Assembly (NCBI GenBank): GCA_002269645.1
Contig: NIVC01001637.1
Span: forward strand, 1-64,000
DNA length: 64,000 nucleotides
Direction of reading: 5' to 3'
Source of the DNA: Macrostomum lignano
Taxonomy: Eukaryota
In this document: one piece after another, positions 58,301-64,000 of the stretch
Layout of the letters: every line of letters begins with the position of its first letter
How positions within the stretch are numbered: the stretch's first letter is position 1
Program-made: the position numbers and the translations under genes
Notes under the pieces: generated by a model
What the model saw: only the letters and a program-made list of their open reading frames with translations
Database searches by the model: none
Told to the model about the DNA's origin: nothing

Positions 58301-61300
58301 CAATTTATCTTATCTCTCCCACAGATCCCAATTGGTCCCATCTCTCCCACAGATCCTAATTGGTCCCATCTCTCCCTTAGATCTTGATCCCATCTTCCCC
58401 ATATACCTTGATCCCATCTTCCCCATATACCTTGATCCCATCTCTCCCTTAGATCTTGATCCCATCTCTGCCATATACCTTGATCCCATCTCTCCCTTAG
58501 ATCTTGATCCCATCTTCCCCATATACCTTGACCCCATCTCTCCCCTAGATCTTGATCCCATCTCTGCCAAATACCTTAATCCCATGTCTCCCTCAGATCC
58601 CAATCGATCCCATCTCTCCCATAGATCCCAGCTGATCCCATATCTCCCATTCGATAGTGTTTCTACACAATTGTCCCATTTACTAGGATTAGTCATCAAT
58701 GGGATAATTATCCCCAAAATTCCCCTGCACTCTCCCGCAGCCGTCACCTCGCCCATCAAGCGCTGCAGCGGTCCGGCCCGCCTGTTCCTCCGCTACCAAG
58801 AGGCGGCGCCACAGCCCGGCCTGTCGCAACTATTGGAGGAGAATCGAACCCAGGCCCGCCAGCTATGCATCGAAGCTCTGCTGCCGCCGTCGCAGAAGCT
58901 GGTAGCGGCGTCGGTCTATCTGGACTGGGTTGTGGCCAGCCTGGGAGAAGCTCAAGCCGAGACTGGGGTGGCGCTGTTCTACCACCTGACCGGCCTGGTG
59001 TCCGAGCTCACCAAGTTCTATCCGCCCACCCGCCAGCTTCTCACCGGCCTCATCGAGTGCCTCGGCCAGACGTTCATCCGACGATGGCCCGGTCAGGCTC
59101 AGCCTCTGCTCGAAGCCGTGCTCCAGACGCCTACTTTAGTTGAGTTGTTGGCTCCGAACTTTGATCCGCTATCTAGCGGCGATCTGTTTGTACAGATGTA
59201 CACCAGAATTGTGCCTGTGCTCAAGGACTATGGCATTGAAGTGCTGTTCGCTTTGCTTAGTAAGGTGAGATTGGGAATGCTGAATTGATTCAATTTGGGT
59301 TCGAATTGAGATGGGTAGAGAGCGGATGTAGATTTGGGTAGAGAGCGGATGTAGATTTGGGTAGTGAGCGGATTTAGACTAGGTAGATAGCGGATGTAGA
59401 TCTGTGTAAAGAGCGGATGTAGATTTGGGTAGAGAGCGGATGTATACTAGTTAGAGAGCGGATGTAGATTGAATAGAGAGTGGGTGTGGATTGAGTAGAG
59501 AGCGGATGTTGCCTGGGTAGAGAGCGGATGTAGCCTGGGTAGAGAGCGGATTTAGATTTGGGTAGAGAGCGGATGTAGATTTGTGTAGAGAGCGGATGTA
59601 GATTTGGGTAGAGAGCGGATGTATACTAGTTAGAGAGCGAATGTAGATTTGGGTAGAGAGCGGATGTAGATTTGGGTAGAGAGCGGATGTAGATTTGGGT
59701 AGAGAGCGGATGTAGATTTGTGTAGAGAGCGGATGTAGATTTGGGTAGAGAGCGGGTGTAGATTTGTGTAGAGAGCGGATGTAGATTTGGGTAGAGAGCG
59801 GATGTATACTAGTTAGAGAGCGGATGTAGATTGAATAGAGAGAGGGTGTGGATTGAGTAGAGAGCGGATGTGGCCTGGGTAGAGAGCGGATGTAGCCTGG
59901 GTAGAGAGCGGATTTAGATTTGGGTAGAGAGCGGATGTAGATTTGTGTAGAGAGCGGATGTAGATTTGGGTAGAGAGCGGATGTATACTAGTTAGAGAGC
60001 GAATGTAGATTTGGGTAGAGAGCGGATGTAGATTTGGGTAGAGAGCGGATGTAGATTTGGGTAGAGAGCGGATTTAGATTTGGATAGAGAGCGGATTTAG
60101 ATTTGGGTAGAGAGCGGATGTATACTAGTTAGAGAGCGAATGTAGATTTGGGTAGAGAGCGGATGTAGATTTGGGTAGAGAGCGGATGTAGATTTGGGTA
60201 GAGAGCGGATTTAGATTTGGGTAGAGAGCGGATGTAGCCTGGGTAGAGAGTGGATGTAGATTAAGTAGAGAGCGGATGTAGACTGGTTAGAGAGCGGATG
60301 TAGACTGGTTAGAGAGCGGATGTAGACTGGTTAGAGAGCGGATGTAGACTGGTTAGAGAGCGGATGTAGACTGGTTAGAGAGCGGATGTAGACTGGTTAG
60401 AGAGCGGATGTAGACTGGTTAGAGAGCGGATGTATTGTAGACTGGTTAGAGAGCGGATGTAGACTGGGTAGAGAGCGGATGTAGACTGGGTAGAGAGCGG
60501 ATGTAGACTGGTTAGAGAGCGGATGTAGACTGGGTAGAGAGCGGATGTAGACTGGGTAGAGAGCGGATGTAGACTGGGTAGAGAGCGGATGTAGACTGGG
60601 TAGAGAGCGGATGTAGACTGGGTAGAGAGCGGATGTAGACTGGGTGGAGCCAGTAATTACGCCTACCGGCTGCAACCTTACTCCCGCAGTTCGACGTCAG
60701 CGAATGGCTGAAAACCCGACCCGGAGCTCAGGAGCGCAACAACTTGATCGGTGCCATCTGCTCCGGCCTGTGCACCTGCGGCCCCAGCCCGGCGCCCAGC
60801 CTCTGCCTCATCTTCGATCTCTACCAAGTTCACCTATCAGCCGTGCTGCAATTCGAGTTCCCTCTGCACTTTCATCCGGGCCTGCAGCGCATCTTTGCCG
60901 CCTCTTGCACCGGTAAAATCCCTCCCGTAGCTTGGCGCCTGCTGTGCAACTGTGTGGCAGCTGACACAGCCGATGACAGGGAGCTGTCAATGTCAATCGA
61001 TCAGATTGCCGATGTACTTCGATGGCTGGCGGCTCTGCTGCAGCGAGAGCGGACTGCCAGATTGGAGCTGTACAGCCAGTGGAATGTGTACCTGGAGCAC
61101 GTGATGTCTCTGGTGGCTAGCCTAGTCAGGTGGGTGTGTTCTGCTCTGTGACCGTTTTGGCTTATCGGTATCACCTGGGCATGCTCAGGGGTCAGCTGAA
61201 TGGGATAATAGATTCTGTAAATCTGAAAGTCATATTACATTAATCTGTTGGGTTTGATTTTTAGTATATTGGGTTCTCTAATGTCAAAGTGAGTCTCCTT

Positions 61301-63851
61301 AATCTCGGTGTAGCACTCCCTTATCTCAGGATGAGACTCCATAATCTCAGGTTGGGACTCCGTAATCTCAGGTTGGGACTCCATAATCTCATGGTAAGCC
61401 ACCCTAATCTCATGGTAAGACTCCATAATCTCAGGTTGAGACTCCATAATGCAAGGGGAAGACTCCATAATTTGAGGGTGAGACTCCTTCATGTGAGGGT
61501 GAGACTCGATAATCTCAGGTTGAGACTCCATAACCTCAGGTTGAGACTCCATAATCTCAGATTGAGACTCCATAATCTCATGGTGTGACTCCATTATCTC
61601 AGGTTGAGACTCCATCATGTCAGGTTGAGACTTCATAATATCAGGATGAGACTCCATAATCTCAGGCTGAGACTCCATAATGTAAGGGTGAGACTCCATA
61701 ATCTCGGGTTGAGACTCCATAATCTCAGGTTAAGACTTCATAATCTCAGGTTGAGACTCCTTAATCTCAGGTTGAGACTCCTTTATTTTAAAACTACTCA
61801 CCCGCAGGTGCCTCGGCTACAAGGTGTGCCGCTCAGTCTCCAGGCGCCATCTCAACCCAGCCGCCGGAGCCGACACCCTCTGGGAGGCCGTCCGGCCCGT
61901 GTTCGCGCCCTTCCTCGAGCCGCTCGAGTCGACCCATTCCCAATCCCAATCCGTTGGCGCCCCGTTCAACCCCGGCCACAGTGAAATGGCCGGCCGAGTT
62001 CTCGACTGCCTGGTTGAGATTGTCTGCCAGCTCGACCGCGAGTTCCAGCACACTTTGGGATCGAATTGCGTCGAACAGCCTAGCGGAACCAGCGCCGCTA
62101 GAGCGCCAATTCACGAGCAACTCCTTCTATACTACTGTCAGCGACTGGCTGCTCCTCAATTCCGATTGCCTGCTTACGTGTTGGCTGCTTTTCACAGCTC
62201 GCTGGCTAAGGCCGATTGGCGTCAGTTGCTACCCGGATTGCCAGCTATGCAGGTGATTGCGGATTTCTATCGCACCGCTGTGTCCGCGTCTCAGCAGTTT
62301 CTGGCAGGCATTGTCAGCGAGATTGATTGGTCTAGCGAAGCGCTGACTGATCATCGGCAGATGCTATTCCACCTGGTGCTGTGTATGACCACTTCGCAGG
62401 TGAGAACTTTATTGAGAATCTGGGATCTGGTCATTGAGGATTCTGGAATCTGGTCATTGAGGATTCTGGGATCTGGTCATTGAGGATTCTGGGATCTGGT
62501 CATTGAGGATTCTGGGATCTGGTCATTGAGGATTCTGGGATCTGGTCATTGAGGATTCTGGGATATCGTCATTGAGGATTCTGGGATCTGGTCATTGAGG
62601 ATTCTGGGATTTGGTTATGGAGGATTCTGGGATCTGGTCATTGATGATTCTGGAATCTGGTCATTGAGGATTCTGGGATCTGGTCATTGAGGATTCTGGG
62701 ATCTGGTCATTAAGGATTCTGGGATCTGGTCATTGAGGATTCTGGGATCTGGTCATTGAGGATTCTGGGATCTGGTCATTGAGGATTCTGGGATCTGGTC
62801 ATTGAGGATTCTGGGATCTGGTCATTGAGGATTCTGGGATCTGGTAATTGAGGATTCTGGGATCTGGTCATTGAGGATTCTGGGATCTGGTCATTGAGGA
62901 TTCTGGGATCTGGTAATTGAGGATTCTGGGATCTGGTCATTGAGGATTCTGGGATCTGGTCATTGAGGATTCTGGGATCTGGTCATTGAGGATTCTGGGA
63001 TCTGGTCATTGGGGATTCTGGAATCTGGTCATTGAGGATTCTGGGATCTGGTCATTGCGGATTCTGGGATATGGTCATGGAGGACTCTGGGATCTACTGG
63101 ATGTGTTCATTGAGACCTGGCTATTAAGATTCTATTTGGGGATCACTGGGCTATAGAAGTCCCATTTTGGTATCGTTAGCCTATTGAAATCCCATTTGGG
63201 AATCACTGGGCTATTGGAATCTCATTTGGGAATCACTGGACTATTGAAATCCCATTTGGGGATCACTGGGCTATTGGAATCCCATTTGGGAATCATTGGG
63301 CTATTGAAATCCCATTTGGGGATCACTGGGCTATTGGAATCCCATTTGGGAATCACTGGACTATTGAAATCCCATTTGGGGATCACTGGGCTATTGAAAT
63401 CCCATTTGGGAATCATTGGGCTATTGGAATCCCCTTTGACATGGCATCCTATCCTATTTTCCCCAGGAGATTATCCGAATGCCCGAGTTCGCTCGCCTCT
63501 TGGACACCAGCGCTCGCCTAAATTGGCACTGTGTTCGATCCGACACCTACGAGTCCATGACAACCTGGCTAGCAACCAAATGGGATCCGATGTGCATGCT
63601 AAGGGAGCGAACTTCGGCCGCCTATTTAGCCGTGGCTTTCCTGCAGAAGTCGGCAGAGTTTTCGGCTCCACTGCAGCCAGACGATCGTAGCGGACTGATT
63701 AAGCAGTGCCTGTGCACCCGTATGTGCATTCAGCTGCTGTGCCAGTGCCTCTCTGCTGGGCAGACTGCTCTGTCCAAGGAGGAATTGGCTAGCAAATTTG
63801 CTACTGCCGTTAGCAACCTGCTCACTGAGGTTGAGTCCTGTCTGGTCTATG
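43306..63851 (+). CDS. EPG5: Ectopic P granules protein 5 (autophagy tether), 5' portion; continues beyond the window
   Basis: Phase-consistent GT-AG exons: 43306-43338, 43424-43981, 45104-45512, 46923-47301, 47964-48864, (49880-49912 optional), 50600-50764, 52590-52962, 54286-54596, 55697-56939, 57426-57635, 58741-59264, 60690-61129, 61808-62399, 63467-63851. Recognised motifs: MAEAVRP start, HLYLLCELLRCPPGVGDW, TRDLCGKVGCELLTSIGLRHP, LFKDLPF, LTKFYPPTRQLLT...LGQTFI, LLSK|FDVSEWL. Confidence 0.9.
44066..45010 (+). repeat. 35-bp minisatellite, EPG5 intron 2
   Basis: Unit AGGTGTTGAGCTGTCAATCATCCTCAAAGATCCTC, ~27 copies. Confidence 0.95.
45527..46330 (+). repeat. 32-bp minisatellite, EPG5 intron 3 (5' array)
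   Basis: Unit GGGATATTCTTTGACTGATCCCCAGGTGTTTT, ~25 copies. Confidence 0.95.
46352..46800 (+). repeat. 31-bp minisatellite, EPG5 intron 3 (3' array)
   Basis: Unit TTACAGACAGATCCCAGAAATTGTCGGGACT, ~14 copies. Confidence 0.95.
47365..47930 (+). repeat. ~23-bp minisatellite, EPG5 intron 4
   Basis: Unit GGGGTGAGATTCGTTCCAATTTA with indels. Confidence 0.92.
49035..49700 (+). repeat. 27-bp minisatellite, EPG5 intron 5
   Basis: Unit GTGTGTTAAAACTGGTCATAGCCCTCT. Confidence 0.95.
50244..50510 (+). mobile_element. tRNA-derived CORE-like SINE, copy 4, EPG5 intron
   Basis: GCAGCCTAGTGGTTAGAGCG (box A) and GGTTCGATTC (box B), TGTGTCCTTGAGCAAGACAGTTAACTC, and a full tail ending GGCAGGTGTAATC. Confidence 0.85.
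50980..52445 (+). repeat. 36-bp AT-rich minisatellite, EPG5 intron 7
   Basis: Unit ATTTATTGATTTCTAAGAATCCTTGTCGATCTATTT, ~40 copies. Confidence 0.96.
53060..54160 (+). repeat. ~21-bp minisatellite with higher-order duplication, EPG5 intron 8
   Basis: Unit GAGCTTCAGGATCTTTT(T)CCT. A variant block containing GGTCGATCGTCTC occurs twice (~53709 and ~53933). Confidence 0.95.
54650..55676 (+). repeat. 23-bp minisatellite, EPG5 intron 9
   Basis: Unit CTGAGAATCGCCCCTCA(G/A)CAACC. Confidence 0.95.
56955..57215 (+). repeat. ~83-bp degenerate tandem repeat x3, EPG5 intron 10
   Basis: GCATTTAAGTATGCA...GCTACTC(C/T)GGCCGTTTACCCAA...AAGCTAAT recurs at ~56956, 57040 and 57123. Confidence 0.8.
57676..58650 (+). 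repeat. Compound GATCCCA-based minisatellite (20-bp grading into ~30-bp units), EPG5 intron 11
   Basis: GATCCCATCAGATCCCAATT units, then GATCCCATCTCTCCCACAGATCCTAATT-type units. Confidence 0.92.
59310..60645 (+). repeat. 22/23-bp minisatellite, EPG5 intron 12
   Basis: Unit TAGAGAGCGGATGTAGA(TTT/CT)GGG, ~58 copies, with internal higher-order duplication. Confidence 0.96.
61290..61782 (+). repeat. 21-bp minisatellite, EPG5 intron 13
   Basis: Unit GAGACTCCATAATCTCAGGTT. Confidence 0.93.
62417..63095 (+). repeat. 23-bp minisatellite, EPG5 intron 14 (5' array)
   Basis: Unit GAGGATTCTGGGATCTGGTCATT, highly homogeneous. Confidence 0.96.
63125..63435 (+). repeat. 30-bp minisatellite, EPG5 intron 14 (3' array)
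   Basis: Unit AATCCCATTTGGGAATCACTGGGCTATTG(G/A), containing the mini-hairpin TCCCA-TT-TGGGA. Confidence 0.93.
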
Positions 63852-64000
63852 GTGAGTGCGAGTTTCTGGGTGTGCATTTCATTAGGAAGTAGGATAAGAG
63901 TAGTTTCGGCCATAGACTATAGAGCTGTACACAGTTAGGATAAAATTAGCTTAGGCCATAGACTATCGATGTACATAGTTAGGGTATAATGGGTTTTGAC

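Overview
Eukaryotic (animal, invertebrate-type) genomic DNA with GT-AG spliceosomal introns and the standard code. The minisatellite-filled introns resemble a Macrostomum-like flatworm genome, but that is inference only. The left third (1-23 kb) is an accessory, transposon-rich region: a decayed Ty3/Gypsy element, a Harbinger transposon with nested solo LTRs, hAT MITEs, and a tandem array of five minus-strand paralogs. Each paralog is a two-exon gene for a small secreted protein (signal peptide + WSC domain, phase-1 intron, 4-Cys PAN/Apple-like domain). One copy is intact, three carry lesions, and one lacks its second exon within the window. Next is a 5-exon CMAS/coclaurine-N-methyltransferase-like gene (minus strand), head-to-head with DNAJC25. 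Then come PAM16, FARSB and the first ~15 exons of EPG5 (plus strand, running off the window). Essentially every large EPG5 intron holds its own minisatellite, and four neighbouring arrays share a GATCC(C/T)CAG-like core. Four tRNA-derived, CORE-like SINE copies are present. There is no CRISPR array and no supported rRNA or tRNA gene. Family assignments come from motif recognition; no database searches were run.
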